Made by a program: the position numbers and the translations under genes. A stretch of 60,323 nucleotides of DNA, the filler included. It is 5 parts of 5 records of this genome, joined end to end, with 100 filler letters (N's around TTAATTAATTAA, not from the genome) between each part and the next. Parts side by side here need not be neighbours in the genome. Positions count along the whole stretch, not along the records: positions 27,223 to 40,654 come from DRR723986_28309; 4 more parts are not named here. One strand, 5' to 3'. Position 1 is the stretch's first letter; each line of letters begins with the position of its first letter. The notes under the pieces are model-generated. The model searched no databases and was not told the DNA's origin. It saw only the letters and a program-made list of their open reading frames with translations. Positions 29,821-40,450 of the stretch are shown here, piece by piece.

Positions 29821-31290
29821 TTAAAGTCCGTAAATCTCGGAAAACTTAGTATCGAGATAGTTTAGAAGCGGCAGCTCTGACGGGGCCATTCCACTGGCTT
29901 TTTCAATAACGTCACGTGGTGCATAAAGGCTGCCGTGGCGTTGCAGGTTGTCACCCAACCAGCTTGTTGCGGTGCTGGTGTCCCCTTGGGCCAAGTGGGT
30001 GTCCAGATCAGGAATTGCGGATTTAAGTGCCTCAAACAAGCAGCCCGCGTAGACATTGCCCAACGAATAGGTTGGGAAATAGCCAAACAAGCCAACCGAC
30101 CAATGCACGTCCTGCAAACAGCCATTTGATGGCTTGTCGACCGCGTATCCAAAATCAGCTTCGAACCGGTCGTTCCAAGCGGCTTCCAGCTCTGACACCT
30201 GCAAGTCGCCCTGCATCAACGCGCGCTCAAGATCAAAGCGCAGCATGATATGGAGGTTGTATTGAACTTCGTCCGCTTCGGTTCGAATATAGCCGTTGTT
30301 CACCTTGTTCACCGCAGCATAAAAGCCATCTGCATCTGCGATGCCGAAATCGCCAAACACCTCGGACATTTCGTTGAAAAGCCATCCGGTAAAGGCACGA
30401 CCGCGCCCCAGTTGGTTTTCATAGATCCGGCTTTGGCTTTCATGCACACCCATCGACACGCCGCGCCCCAATGGGGTTAGCAAATATTGATCGTCAATGT
30501 TTTGCTCGTAACAGCCATGCCCGACCTCATGAATGGTCGAGTAAAAGCAATTGAATGGATCGGTTGGGTTTGTGCGAGTGGTGATCCGCACATCCTGACC
30601 ACTGCCAGAGCTGAAGGGGTGAACCGCCTTATCAACCCGGCCCCGATTCATATCATAGCCAAAGGTTTTCGCCAGTTTGCGCGTCAGCTTCATCTGCTTG
30701 GATTCATCGAATGTGCCGGTGACTCCATTGGGCGCGGCCTTTTCAAGAACCCGAGACCTTAGATCCACCAACCTGGGGCGCATGGCATCAAAGATCGTTG
30801 CGATCTCGTCACCCGTCGTGTTTGGCTCATAGTCTTCGACCATCGCATCGTAGAGCGTGCCGCCATTTGCAAGCGCGGCACCTTCTTCGCGCTTTAGGGC
30901 GACAACCTCTTCCAACACAGGCAGAAAGGCAGCGACGTCTTCGTCCGCTCGGGCTTGTGCCCATTTTCCCTGTGCCTCAGACGTGACGCGCGCAAGCGTT
31001 TTGGCCAGATCAGCCGGGACTTTGCCCGCCCGTTCATATGCACGGCGAATTTCACGCAGATGCGCTGCGCCAACTTCGTCAGTTGCTTCGGCTACTTCCA
31101 ACAACTCACCGACACGTGGATCAGAGCGACGCGCATGTAAAACGGCTTCGATCGCAGACATTTCCTGACCACGTTGAGCCGCAGATCCGCGAGGCATCAT
31201 GGTTTCCTGATCCCAGCCCAAGCGGCCCGAAATCTCGCCCAAAGCGGCGGTTTCACGGGCAAAGCCCATCAGTTCATCAAATGCGGTCAT
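29821..31290 (-). CDS. Carboxypeptidase Taq (M32 metallocarboxypeptidase)
   Basis: WDQET.MP, HPF, RITTR, HEVGH, HESQS, IRTEADE, QDVHW, YFPTY; start MTAFDE overlaps the ctaA stop. Confidence 0.93.
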   Translation of the reverse strand: MTAFDELMGFARETAALGEISGRLGWDQETMMPRGSAAQRGQEMSAIEAVLHARRSDPRVGELLEVAEATDEVGAAHLREIRRAYERAGKVPADLAKTLARVTSEAQGKWAQARADEDVAAFLPVLEEVVALKREEGAALANGGTLYDAMVEDYEPNTTGDEIATIFDAMRPRLVDLRSRVLEKAAPNGVTGTFDESKQMKLTRKLAKTFGYDMNRGRVDKAVHPFSSGSGQDVRITTRTNPTDPFNCFYSTIHEVGHGCYEQNIDDQYLLTPLGRGVSMGVHESQSRIYENQLGRGRAFTGWLFNEMSEVFGDFGIADADGFYAAVNKVNNGYIRTEADEVQYNLHIMLRFDLERALMQGDLQVSELEAAWNDRFEADFGYAVDKPSNGCLQDVHWSVGLFGYFPTYSLGNVYAGCLFEALKSAIPDLDTHLAQGDTSTATSWLGDNLQRHGSLYAPRDVIEKASGMAPSELPLLNYLDTKFSEIYGL

Positions 31291-32438
31291 GCTGCGTGTC
31301 CTCGGACAGATGTTGCGATGGGATACAGGCTCAGGAACCGAGCGCGCAGGATGAGCGCCCACAGGATCACAGCCATCAGTTGGTGTGTAATGGCAATGTG
31401 CCAATGTGCAGAATAAAGTACGGTCACGATGCCCAATACGATTTGCAGCAGCAACGCGCAGAACATCGCGTTAAAGGCAAATTGCGTTTGGCGATGGGCG
31501 CTTGCACGTCCGCGCAACCAGACCACAACGCCAAAGGCGAACAACAAATACCCGGCACAGCGATGTACAAACTGAACCAGACCCGCGTTTTCAAAGAAAT
31601 TGCGCCAAACCGGTTCCAGAACAAGCGGATCGGGTGGGATCACCTGCCCCGCCATCAGCGGCCAATCGGTGTAGCCGCGCCCGGCATCGATGCCTGCGAC
31701 CAATGCCCCCAACAGGATTTGCAAAAAGGCGAAATGCAGTAATCCAGTCGACAGTCCAAAAAGCTTTGCCTCTTTGGCGCGGCGCGCTTGCATGAGATCG
31801 CGCTCGCTTCGGCCTATCATATAGATATACCAACCAATGAACCCAAGAATGACAAAGGCCAAACCCAGATGGATTGCCAAGCGATAGCTGGCCACCGCAA
31901 TCATGCCTTCGCCTTGGGTTACACCGGATGCAACCATCCACCAGCCGATACCGCCCTGCGCGCCCCCCAATAGACCCAACAGGAACAATCGCCCGGTCCA
32001 CCCAGTTGGGATTTGTCGGGCAACAAGAAAGCCAAAGAACCCGAGCGCCCAAACTAGGCCAATCGCGCGACCAAGTTGACGGTGACCCCATTCCCACCAA
32101 TAGATGGATTTGAAATCAGCCAGTTCCATCCACTGGTTCTGAATTTCCCACTGATCGATCTGTTTGTATTTGTCGAATTCGGCTTGCCACTCAACCTCGC
32201 TAGTTGGCGGGATGGCACCTGTTAGCGGTTTCCATTCGGTGATCGACAGGCCGCTGTCGGTCAAACGGGTCAAGCCACCAACAACAATCATTGCCATGAC
32301 CAGACCAAACAACACCATCAACCAAGCCCGGATGCCCCTGCGGGCGCCACCGCGACCGCGGTCAATCATACCCGGTTGTACGGCCTCGGGTTTGCTGGTT
32401 TCTGATACGTCTTCAAAGATGCTGCGCTTGCCGCTCAT
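31287..32438 (-). CDS. ctaA: Heme A synthase (COX15/CtaA)
   Basis: GGLTRLTDSGLSITEW, WEWGHR, YRLAIH, QFVHR, THQ. Confidence 0.93.
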   Translation of the reverse strand: MSGKRSIFEDVSETSKPEAVQPGMIDRGRGGARRGIRAWLMVLFGLVMAMIVVGGLTRLTDSGLSITEWKPLTGAIPPTSEVEWQAEFDKYKQIDQWEIQNQWMELADFKSIYWWEWGHRQLGRAIGLVWALGFFGFLVARQIPTGWTGRLFLLGLLGGAQGGIGWWMVASGVTQGEGMIAVASYRLAIHLGLAFVILGFIGWYIYMIGRSERDLMQARRAKEAKLFGLSTGLLHFAFLQILLGALVAGIDAGRGYTDWPLMAGQVIPPDPLVLEPVWRNFFENAGLVQFVHRCAGYLLFAFGVVVWLRGRASAHRQTQFAFNAMFCALLLQIVLGIVTVLYSAHWHIAITHQLMAVILWALILRARFLSLYPIATSVRGHAA

Positions 32439-32497
32439 TCCATCCTCTTTCCTTGATTTCACAACAAGCTAGGGCGCACAGACCAGAAGGTCCAGCA

Positions 32498-33247
32498 TCA
32501 CTCGTCGCCGCGTTCTTTCCAACGGACCATCTGCCGCATTACACCGTGCATCATTTGCACATCGGCGCGCGTCAAACGCATGCGGCTCCAGAGGTTGCGC
32601 AAGTTGACCTTCATGCCTTCGGCCTTTTCTGGCGGGTAGAAAAAGCCAGCTTGGTCCAGACGGTCTTCGTAGTGTTCGACCAGTTTTTCAACTTCTACGC
32701 CGGTGGCCCAATCGCCTTTGCCCAAATCAGTCGCCTCGTGGGTTACCTGAGCCGATTGCCGCATCCACTCGTAAGATGTCAAAAGCACGCATTGTCCCAA
32801 ATTAAGCGACGCATAAAGCGGGTTCACCGGAACAGAAATGATGGCGTTGGCTTTAGCAATATCTTCGTTTTCCAAACCAGCACGTTCAGGCCCAAACAGG
32901 ATCGCGACCTGCTCACCGGCTGCAATTTTCTCGGCTGCCAGCTGCATTGCGCGCTCAGGGCTGTACACAGGTTTGGTCAATCCGCGCTGCCGTGCCGTGG
33001 TCGCAAAGGTAAACGTCCGATCCCCCAAGGCCCCTTCGAGATCGTCATACAGCTGCGCCTCGTCCAGCAGACGCCCCGCGCCCGAGGACATCGCCACTGC
33101 TTTGGGGTTGGGCCAGCCATCGCGCGGCGCAACGATCCGCATACGATCAAGCCCAAAGTTCCACATCGCCCGCGCGGCTGCGCCGATATTCTCGCCCATC
33201 TGTGGGCGGACAAGGACAATCGCGGGCTGTGGGGTGTCGCTGGGCAT
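32498..33247 (-). CDS. trmJ: SPOUT tRNA methyltransferase (TrmJ/LasT family)
   Basis: GENIGAAARAM.NFG, FGPERAGL, SLNLGQ. Confidence 0.85.
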   Translation of the reverse strand: MPSDTPQPAIVLVRPQMGENIGAAARAMWNFGLDRMRIVAPRDGWPNPKAVAMSSGAGRLLDEAQLYDDLEGALGDRTFTFATTARQRGLTKPVYSPERAMQLAAEKIAAGEQVAILFGPERAGLENEDIAKANAIISVPVNPLYASLNLGQCVLLTSYEWMRQSAQVTHEATDLGKGDWATGVEVEKLVEHYEDRLDQAGFFYPPEKAEGMKVNLRNLWSRMRLTRADVQMMHGVMRQMVRWKERGDE

Positions 33248-33408
33248 GGTATTCTCCGAAAAATCTTGCCTGCTCTAGTCTGACAAGGCAATTTGAGCAA
33301 TCCCTTGGCCCGATCTTGGCCATCAAATCCAAGAATCTGGGGCAAAAAAGTTTTCATCCCAGCTCCAATCCGCTACACCGCCCGAAAGTCAACGCAAGGA
33401 TCCGTCCC

Positions 33409-34029
33409 ATGGATAACCCAGAGCAGCCACAGATCTATCTTATCACACCGCCCAGCCTGGATCTGGAGAGCTTTCCTGACACGCTGGCCCGTGTTCTGGA
33501 TGGCGTGGACGTGGCGTGCCTGCGACTGGCACTAGCCGGCAGTGACGAAGACCAAATATCGCGTACCGCAGACGCCTTGCGCGAAGTGGCCCATGCCCGT
33601 GATATCGCTTTGGTGATTTCCGATCATGTCCTGTTGGCGCAACGGCTGGGTCTGGATGGGGTTCACCTGAACGATGCATCCAAATCAGTGCGTCACGCGC
33701 GCAAAGAGCTGGGCGCAGACGCCATTGTTGGCAGTTTCTGCAACAATTCCAGTCACGAAGGTCTGAATGCCGGTGAAGCAGGCGCCGATTATGTCAGCTT
33801 TGGCCCGGTAGGAACCTCTAACCTTGGTGACGGATCTATCGCCGATAGCGAACTATTCCAGTGGTGGTCCGATGTGGTCGAAGTTCCCGTCGTGGCCGAG
33901 GGAGGCTTGACTGTGGATCTGATCACAGCGCTGTCACCGCGCACCGATTTCTTTGGTATCGGTGAAGAAATCTGGTCTACGGATGATCCTTTGGCGACGC
34001 TGAAAACGCTCATCTCGGCGATGGGTTAA
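33409..34029 (+). CDS. Thiamine-phosphate synthase family protein (alphaproteobacterial ThiE-like)
   Basis: YLITP, LDGVHL, AGADYVSFG, PVVAEGG; start at MDNPEQP. Confidence 0.8.
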   Translation: MDNPEQPQIYLITPPSLDLESFPDTLARVLDGVDVACLRLALAGSDEDQISRTADALREVAHARDIALVISDHVLLAQRLGLDGVHLNDASKSVRHARKELGADAIVGSFCNNSSHEGLNAGEAGADYVSFGPVGTSNLGDGSIADSELFQWWSDVVEVPVVAEGGLTVDLITALSPRTDFFGIGEEIWSTDDPLATLKTLISAMG

Positions 34030-35117
34030 ATCGCACCAATCCGTTCGACGAACCAAAACAGACCAATCATCGCAATCACGACCGAGGCGGGAATCGCAAT
34101 CCTGCCCCGGTACCAGTATTTGTTGCGAAACCATACCCCAACGGTCAGAAAGGCAACCGCGATCACCGCAAGCTGACCCAGTTCGACGCCGACATTGAAT
34201 CCGATCAAAGCGGGTAGGAATTGCCCCTGTGGTAGTCCAAAGTCGCCTAAGACGCTCGCAAAGCCGAGCCCATGCAACAATCCAAACCCAAAAATGACCA
34301 CCGGTCGCCATGGATGCAGCTTGCGCACAAAGACATTCTCGAGCGCAACAAACACGATTGATGCAGCGATGAGCGGCTCCACTATGGCTGGATTAATTGA
34401 AATCCAACCTGCTGCCCCCATCGCCAGTGTAACGGTATGCGCCAGTGTAAAAGCGCTGATTTGCCAAACCAAAGGCCGCAAGCGCGCGCTCAGGAAAAAC
34501 AATCCCAAAACAAACAGGATATGATCCAGACCTTTGGGAATGATATGCGTGAACCCAACAGGGATATAGGATACCAGACTATCCCACGCGCCGAGCGATG
34601 CGCCCCCACCCAACGGGATGCTAGGGCTGGTTTCCCCTCCTTGTAGGTACCCCGTATAGGGATCGGTGACACCATGCTGACGCAAGACCAAAGCACCTGC
34701 CCCTTTGGGCCAAGTTACCGTAAGGCTTTGTGCCTCTGTTGGCAGCTGCGTCTCAAACAAAAGAAACGAAGCGCGCGGCAGGTCCACATTCCCGACAACG
34801 GGTATCCGCGCGCCCTCGTAAGACAAATCTAGTGGCGCGCCCGCAGTGATGTTTATTTGATTTGCCCAATCAACCGCGTATTGGCGGACTTGTGGGCTGA
34901 GTTCGGCAGACCCCATGGCCCGCAATGCATCATAACGCGCAGATTGATCATCCTCGTCGGTATTTTCCAAACCGTCGAGATCAATCCCGGCCAAAAACGC
35001 TTCGACATTCAGGCGAAGTTCAAGCTGGACCAGGCCATCTGACACCCGTAGATCGCCAATCGTCGGTGTAACCTCGTGGGCTGTTGCCATCCCGATGAAC
35101 ACCCACAGGCTTGACAT
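34026..35117 (-). CDS. HupE/UreJ family membrane protein with N-terminal periplasmic domain
   Basis: ATAHE signal end; GFTHI..GLDHILF, FTLAHTVTL, FGLLHGLGFA, FNVGVELGQ; start uncertain (35117, 35168 or 35198). Confidence 0.85.
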   Translation of the reverse strand: MSSLWVFIGMATAHEVTPTIGDLRVSDGLVQLELRLNVEAFLAGIDLDGLENTDEDDQSARYDALRAMGSAELSPQVRQYAVDWANQINITAGAPLDLSYEGARIPVVGNVDLPRASFLLFETQLPTEAQSLTVTWPKGAGALVLRQHGVTDPYTGYLQGGETSPSIPLGGGASLGAWDSLVSYIPVGFTHIIPKGLDHILFVLGLFFLSARLRPLVWQISAFTLAHTVTLAMGAAGWISINPAIVEPLIAASIVFVALENVFVRKLHPWRPVVIFGFGLLHGLGFASVLGDFGLPQGQFLPALIGFNVGVELGQLAVIAVAFLTVGVWFRNKYWYRGRIAIPASVVIAMIGLFWFVERIGAI

Positions 35118-35166
35118 AATCGCTACAAGACGCAGCTTGAATCCTATCAAATCAAAGGTTCGCCCC

Positions 35167-35964
35167 ATGATACCTCGTCTCTTGTTTTCCCTGACCATTT
35201 GTGCGGTCTCGGCCTTGCCTGCCCTTGCTCATGAGTTTTGGATCAAACCCCAGAATTATCAAGTCGAAAGCGGGGCGCCTTTTGTGGCGGATTTGATGAA
35301 TGGAGAGAATTTTGAGGGCGGGCCACAGGCTTTTTTCCAAACGCGGACTGCCCGATCAGAGCTGATCCAACGGGGAAAGACCACGTTGTACACTGGCAGG
35401 ATGGGGGATGTTCCAGCCATTCAGGCAGTCATTCCCGATGGAGGGTTGGCTGTTTACCTACACCAAACCCGCCCGGCGACATTGAAATACAAGACATGGG
35501 AGAAATTTGCGAATTTCGCCAAACATAAGGATTTTCCTGACATTCGGGCCCGTCAAAATGCGAGAAACCTGCCAGAACGGGATTTTTTTGAAACCTATAC
35601 CCGGTACACTAAGGCCCTTATCGCTGTTGGACATGCACGGGGTCAGGATGGCCCAACCGGGATGGAAACCGAATTCGTCGCTTTGTCCAATCCCTATGTC
35701 GATGATGTGTCTGCTGGCTTGCCGGTTCGGCTCTTGTATCGAGGACACCCAAGGCCGGATGCGCAGGTCGAAATTTTTGAACGTGTCCCAGATGGTCAGG
35801 TTACCATTTCCCTGACCCGAACAGATGCATTGGGACAGGCGATAATTCCGGTGGTTTCAGGGCATGAATATCTTTTGGATGCGGTCATTTTGCGCCCTGC
35901 CCCCCTTGGACAGCAAGCGGTTTGGGAAAGCCTGTGGGCCGCGATGACATTTCTTGTTCCGTGA
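35167..35964 (+). CDS. DUF4198 periplasmic protein (NikM-like)
   Basis: Signal peptide ending ALAHEFWI, Y.RYTK.L, TDA.G, W.SLWAAMTF. Confidence 0.75.
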   Translation: MIPRLLFSLTICAVSALPALAHEFWIKPQNYQVESGAPFVADLMNGENFEGGPQAFFQTRTARSELIQRGKTTLYTGRMGDVPAIQAVIPDGGLAVYLHQTRPATLKYKTWEKFANFAKHKDFPDIRARQNARNLPERDFFETYTRYTKALIAVGHARGQDGPTGMETEFVALSNPYVDDVSAGLPVRLLYRGHPRPDAQVEIFERVPDGQVTISLTRTDALGQAIIPVVSGHEYLLDAVILRPAPLGQQAVWESLWAAMTFLVP

Positions 35965-36016
35965 GCGTTAACGACCTCCTCTTGCACAGCGTTCCAACCT
36001 GCGTCATGACTGCCTT

Positions 36017-36910
36017 ATGACCAAAGAAACCGATATCCTTTGTATTGGCTCTGTGTTGTGGGATGTGATCGGACGATCCGCCAGCCACATGCAACAGGGC
36101 TCTGACGTTCCTGGACGCATCACCCGCCTGCCAGGTGGTGTTGCAATGAACATCGCCATGACGCTTGTGCGGTTTGGGATGACTCCAACGTTGCTGACGG
36201 CGATTGGCCAAGATCCCGAAGGGCATGAACTTGTCGATGCATGTCGCCAGCTTGGGATGGACACGGACCACATCTATCGCTCTGAGGACTTGCCAACAGA
36301 CCGCTATATGGCAGTCGAAGGGGCCAATGGGCTGATCGCGGCAATCGCTGATGCGCATTCTTTGGAGGCGGCCGGAACAAAGATCCTTTTGTCTTTGCAA
36401 AATGGACCCCTTGGATCTGACGCGGCCCCATTTCCAGGCTTGGTCGCGTTGGACGGCAACCTTACCCAACAGTTGCTGCAGGACATCGCCCAAAGCCCTG
36501 CTTTTGCACGGGCGGATTTAAGGGTCGCGCCAGCCTCACCCGGTAAAGCAGAACGCTTGTTGCCGTTTTTGGCGCAATCCCGTGGAACGCTGTACGTCAA
36601 CCTGATCGAAGCCAATATCATGTGCCAAACCGAATTCGCAGGTTCCGCCGAGGCAGCACAGGGCCTGCTAAGCCGTGGTGCACACCGGGTTCTGGTAACA
36701 GATGGTGGTAATCCAGCGACCGAGGCTGATGGCACTGATCTTATCACGCAAACACCGCCCGAAGTTCTGGTCACACGCGTGACGGGTGCGGGCGACACTT
36801 TCATGGCGGCACACATCGCAGCCGAGGCCGCAGGGCAAAACCGCGATGCGGCCCTTAACCGGGCCTTGCTGGCTGCCGCTACTTACGTTTCAGGAGAAAC
36901 CCCACTGTGA
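36017..36910 (+). CDS. PfkB-family kinase, probable pseudouridine kinase
   Basis: PGGVAMNIA, N..EA, VTGAGDTF; coupled to psuG. Confidence 0.82.
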   Translation: MTKETDILCIGSVLWDVIGRSASHMQQGSDVPGRITRLPGGVAMNIAMTLVRFGMTPTLLTAIGQDPEGHELVDACRQLGMDTDHIYRSEDLPTDRYMAVEGANGLIAAIADAHSLEAAGTKILLSLQNGPLGSDAAPFPGLVALDGNLTQQLLQDIAQSPAFARADLRVAPASPGKAERLLPFLAQSRGTLYVNLIEANIMCQTEFAGSAEAAQGLLSRGAHRVLVTDGGNPATEADGTDLITQTPPEVLVTRVTGAGDTFMAAHIAAEAAGQNRDAALNRALLAAATYVSGETPL

Positions 36911-37821
36911 TCGACCTCCAATTTTCAACCGAAGTGAAAGCCGCCAAAGAGGCGGGTGGCGCTATTGTGGCGCTCGAAAGCACCATTATCACCCATGGGA
37001 TGCCTTATCCGCAGAATATTGAGGTCGCAGCCCAGGTTGAACAAGACATCCGTGACGCTGGAGCAACCCCAGCAACCATAGCCGTTATCGAAGGTCGCCT
37101 GCACGTGGGTCTGGAACCCGAACAACTGAGCGGTTTGGGGCAAGCCCAAGGCGTGGCCAAGCTGTCGCGCGCAGATATGGCCGCCTGCATGGCCACGGGC
37201 GGAACCGGTGCAACGACGGTCGCCGCAACAATGATCGCAGCACATCATGCTGGCATCAGTGTTTTCGCAACCGGCGGCATCGGTGGCGTTCACAAAGGCG
37301 CTGAAACCAGTTTTGATATTTCCGCTGACCTGCATGAACTGGCGCAAACGCCTGTAACCGTTATTGCAGCAGGTGCTAAGGCCATATTGGACCTGAACAA
37401 AACACTGGAAGTCCTTGAAACGCTTGGCGTTCCTGTGATCGCTTATCGTCAAGATCAATTTCCTGCCTTTTGGTCGGCGCAATCAACGCTCGATGCCCCG
37501 TTGCGTATGGATGACAGTGCGGACATTGCGAAATCCCATGCGATGCGTCGCGCACTTGGTCTGCCCGGTGGGCAGCTTGTTGCGAACCCAATCCCGGCCC
37601 AAGATCAGATCGCGGCTAGCGAATTGGCCCCAATCATTGCTCAGGCCCAGGCCGATGCGGACGCTCACAATATCGCAGGCAAAAGCGTAACGCCCTATTT
37701 GCTGCAGCGGATTTTCGAACGCACCGAGGGTCGGTCGCTGGTCGCCAATATTGCTTTGGTGCGGAATAATGCACGTCTTGGCGCAAAAATTGCCCAAGAT
37801 TTGCAAAAAATTGCGCGATAA
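36907..37821 (+). CDS. psuG: Pseudouridine-5'-phosphate glycosidase
   Basis: VALESTIITHGMPYP, ATTVA, ATGGIGGVH, DISADL, GAKAILD. Confidence 0.95.
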   Translation: MIDLQFSTEVKAAKEAGGAIVALESTIITHGMPYPQNIEVAAQVEQDIRDAGATPATIAVIEGRLHVGLEPEQLSGLGQAQGVAKLSRADMAACMATGGTGATTVAATMIAAHHAGISVFATGGIGGVHKGAETSFDISADLHELAQTPVTVIAAGAKAILDLNKTLEVLETLGVPVIAYRQDQFPAFWSAQSTLDAPLRMDDSADIAKSHAMRRALGLPGGQLVANPIPAQDQIAASELAPIIAQAQADADAHNIAGKSVTPYLLQRIFERTEGRSLVANIALVRNNARLGAKIAQDLQKIAR

Positions 37822-37899
37822 GCGCGCTTGGGCTGCGACCATCCATTGCAGCCCTTGTCCTGAATCCTTACTTCTGGCTCTGCAACAAGCGGAAACCCG

Positions 37900-38577
37900 A
37901 TGAACACCCCATTTGACGAAGAACCCACCCGAGGTCCCGGTCTGTTTGCCCGGATACGATCATCGTTTTTGACCGGCATTGTCGTCATCGCCCCGGTTGG
38001 GGTAACGATTTGGTTGATCTGGACCGTCGTTGGGTGGATCGATGGGGTTGTTCTGCCATTTGTGCCGCAGACGATCCAACCCGAAGAATACATCGGCATC
38101 AACCTACGCGGCGTCGGTGTGATCATCTTCTTGATCTTCACCGTTTTGGTCGGCTGGATCGCCAAGGGAATTCTTGGACGATCCCTGATCCATTTCGCCG
38201 AAGGATTGGTCAACCGGATGCCAGTCGTGCGATCGATCTATTCCGGGATCAAACAAATCTCGGAAACAGTGTTTGCCCAAACCGAGCGTAGTTTTGAAAA
38301 AGCCTGCTTGATCCAATATCCGCGCCGAGGAATCTGGGCGATTGGGTTTGTTTCAACCATGGCCAAAGGCGAAATCGCTGAACGCGCGGAAACTGGTACC
38401 GGTTTGATGAGCGTATTCCTCCCAACAACTCCAAACCCAACATCGGGCTTTTTACTGTATTTCCCGGTCGAAGACGTCATCATTTTGGATATGAGCGTCG
38501 AAGATGCTGCGAAATTGGTGATCTCTGCCGGATTGGTCTATCCAAATGAAAAAGATCCATCACAACCGCCCGAGTAA
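37900..38577 (+). CDS. DUF502 membrane protein
   Basis: P.VRSIY, YPRRG, FLPTTPNPTSGF. Confidence 0.88.
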   Translation: MNTPFDEEPTRGPGLFARIRSSFLTGIVVIAPVGVTIWLIWTVVGWIDGVVLPFVPQTIQPEEYIGINLRGVGVIIFLIFTVLVGWIAKGILGRSLIHFAEGLVNRMPVVRSIYSGIKQISETVFAQTERSFEKACLIQYPRRGIWAIGFVSTMAKGEIAERAETGTGLMSVFLPTTPNPTSGFLLYFPVEDVIILDMSVEDAAKLVISAGLVYPNEKDPSQPPE

Positions 38578-39603
38578 TCAGCCAAACATTTCGGCCAAAT
38601 CTACGGTTGAACGCTGACCCAAGTCTGACTTGTGACCTTGCAGAAATCGATCTGTCGCGGTGCGTCCGGCTTCTTTTAGTCGCGCTAATACCATCGGTGT
38701 GGGCACCAGTTTCGTTGCCACCGACAAATCCGTCATCAATTCATCATCCGCAATCATATGTACCAGCACCCGGCTCATGGTTCCGGCCTTGATTGTCCCG
38801 TCTTCAAGCAAACGGGATACAAAATTGATGGCACGAAGTTCACGCAACAAGGATGAGTTAAAGCTGATCTCGTTGACGCGGTTTTGAATTTGCTGGGGCG
38901 TCACAGGCAGTTCTGACCGCTCAAGCGGGTTGATGTTCACAATGACCAGATCATCGGGCAAGCCCGCGTTAAACAGCGGATACAAGGCTGGATTTCCAGT
39001 ATATCCCCCATCCCAATATGGTTCGACTTCACCCGTCTCTGGATCGGCGATCTCGACCGCTTGGAAAATGGTTGGCAGGCAAGCCGACGCAAGAATGGCA
39101 TCGGTGGTGATTTCATCCCCTTGGAAAACGCGGATCTTACCGGACCGAACGCGTGTGGCACAGATAAACAACTCTGGCCCGGACTCTGAACAGATCCCCT
39201 CAAAATCAAAGGCATCCACGACAGTGCGCAGCGGGTTGCGGTAAAACGGCCCGTAGGCATAAGGCGAAACCATACGGGAATAAGCGTCAGCAAACGAAAA
39301 CGGGAAAGAATGCTCGATCGCCTGCGCCACCTGTGCAGGTTCCAACCCACGCATCCAATTGGCCACCCGCATGTCCCCGACAGCGCCCATGCGCCCCCAC
39401 AGACCATCCAGATTTGCGCGGGCGCCCTCGCGGCCACCTTTGACCATGCCCGCCTTGAAAGCCGCCCCATTCAGGGCCCCAGCAGAGGTTCCTGAAATCC
39501 CAGCAACCTCAACATCTGGTTCATCCAGCAACCGATCTAGCACACCCCAGGTAAAGGCCCCGTGTGCCCCACCGCCCTGCAACGCCAAATTAATCTGTTT
39601 CAC
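38578..39603 (-). CDS. Patatin-like phospholipase (possible intracellular PHB depolymerase)
   Basis: QGGGAHGA, GTSAG, ASACLP, WDGG; GTG start at 39603 after an AAGGA RBS; downstream of bdh. Confidence 0.85.
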   Translation of the reverse strand: MKQINLALQGGGAHGAFTWGVLDRLLDEPDVEVAGISGTSAGALNGAAFKAGMVKGGREGARANLDGLWGRMGAVGDMRVANWMRGLEPAQVAQAIEHSFPFSFADAYSRMVSPYAYGPFYRNPLRTVVDAFDFEGICSESGPELFICATRVRSGKIRVFQGDEITTDAILASACLPTIFQAVEIADPETGEVEPYWDGGYTGNPALYPLFNAGLPDDLVIVNINPLERSELPVTPQQIQNRVNEISFNSSLLRELRAINFVSRLLEDGTIKAGTMSRVLVHMIADDELMTDLSVATKLVPTPMVLARLKEAGRTATDRFLQGHKSDLGQRSTVDLAEMFG

Positions 39604-39676
39604 TGGATTTTCCTTAGCTTGCCACGGGTATTTTGAGCTCAACGGGGCCAAGAAAAAGGCCTACCGCCTTGTGCGT

Positions 39677-40450
39677 TTAAAGTGCCGTCCAGCCGCCATC
39701 GACGGACAGGGTTGTACCCGTCATCTGCGCTGCTGCGTCAGAGCACAGAAACACAGCGGTGCCACCAAGTTGCTCAACCGTGGCGAATTCACGGCTTGGT
39801 TGACGCTCCAACATGACCTTTTTGATCACCTCTTCGCGTCCCATGTTGTATTTTTCCATAGTGTCGGGGATCTGTGCCTCGACCAATGGTGTCAAAACAT
39901 ATCCCGGGCAAATCGCATTACACGTGATCGGCTCTTCAGCGGTTTCCAAGGCAACGGTTTTGGTCATGCCAACAACACCATGCTTTGCTGCGACATAGGC
40001 CGCCTTGAACGGTGATGCGGTCAATCCGTGCGCGGACGCAATGTTGACAATACGACCCCAACCGGCCTCGCGCATCATCGGCAGTGCAGCCGCCATCGTA
40101 TGAAAGACAGAGTTCATGTTGATCGCAATAATCGCATCCCACTTTTCAACCGGGAACTGATCAATGGGCGCAACATGCTGAATGCCTGCGTTGTTGATTA
40201 GAATATCGCACCGCCCGGCCTTTTCGATCAGTGCGCGACAATCATCCCCTTTGGACATATCCGCCTGAATGTAGCGCGCGCTCACACCAGTTTCAGACGC
40301 GATCTCGGCTGCAATCGCGTGGTCTTCTTCACGGTCGGTGAATGAATTCAGAACAACATCAGCACCCGCACGTGCCATTTCCCAAGCGACGCCCAGACCA
40401 ATCCCTGAATTCGACCCGGTAATGATTGCGGTTTTTCCAGTGAGCGACAT
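39677..40450 (-). CDS. bdhA: D-3-hydroxybutyrate dehydrogenase
   Basis: TGSNSGIG, NNAGIQHV, SAHGL.ASPFK.AYVAAKHG, CPGYVLTPLV. Confidence 0.9.
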   Translation of the reverse strand: MSLTGKTAIITGSNSGIGLGVAWEMARAGADVVLNSFTDREEDHAIAAEIASETGVSARYIQADMSKGDDCRALIEKAGRCDILINNAGIQHVAPIDQFPVEKWDAIIAINMNSVFHTMAAALPMMREAGWGRIVNIASAHGLTASPFKAAYVAAKHGVVGMTKTVALETAEEPITCNAICPGYVLTPLVEAQIPDTMEKYNMGREEVIKKVMLERQPSREFATVEQLGGTAVFLCSDAAAQMTGTTLSVDGGWTAL

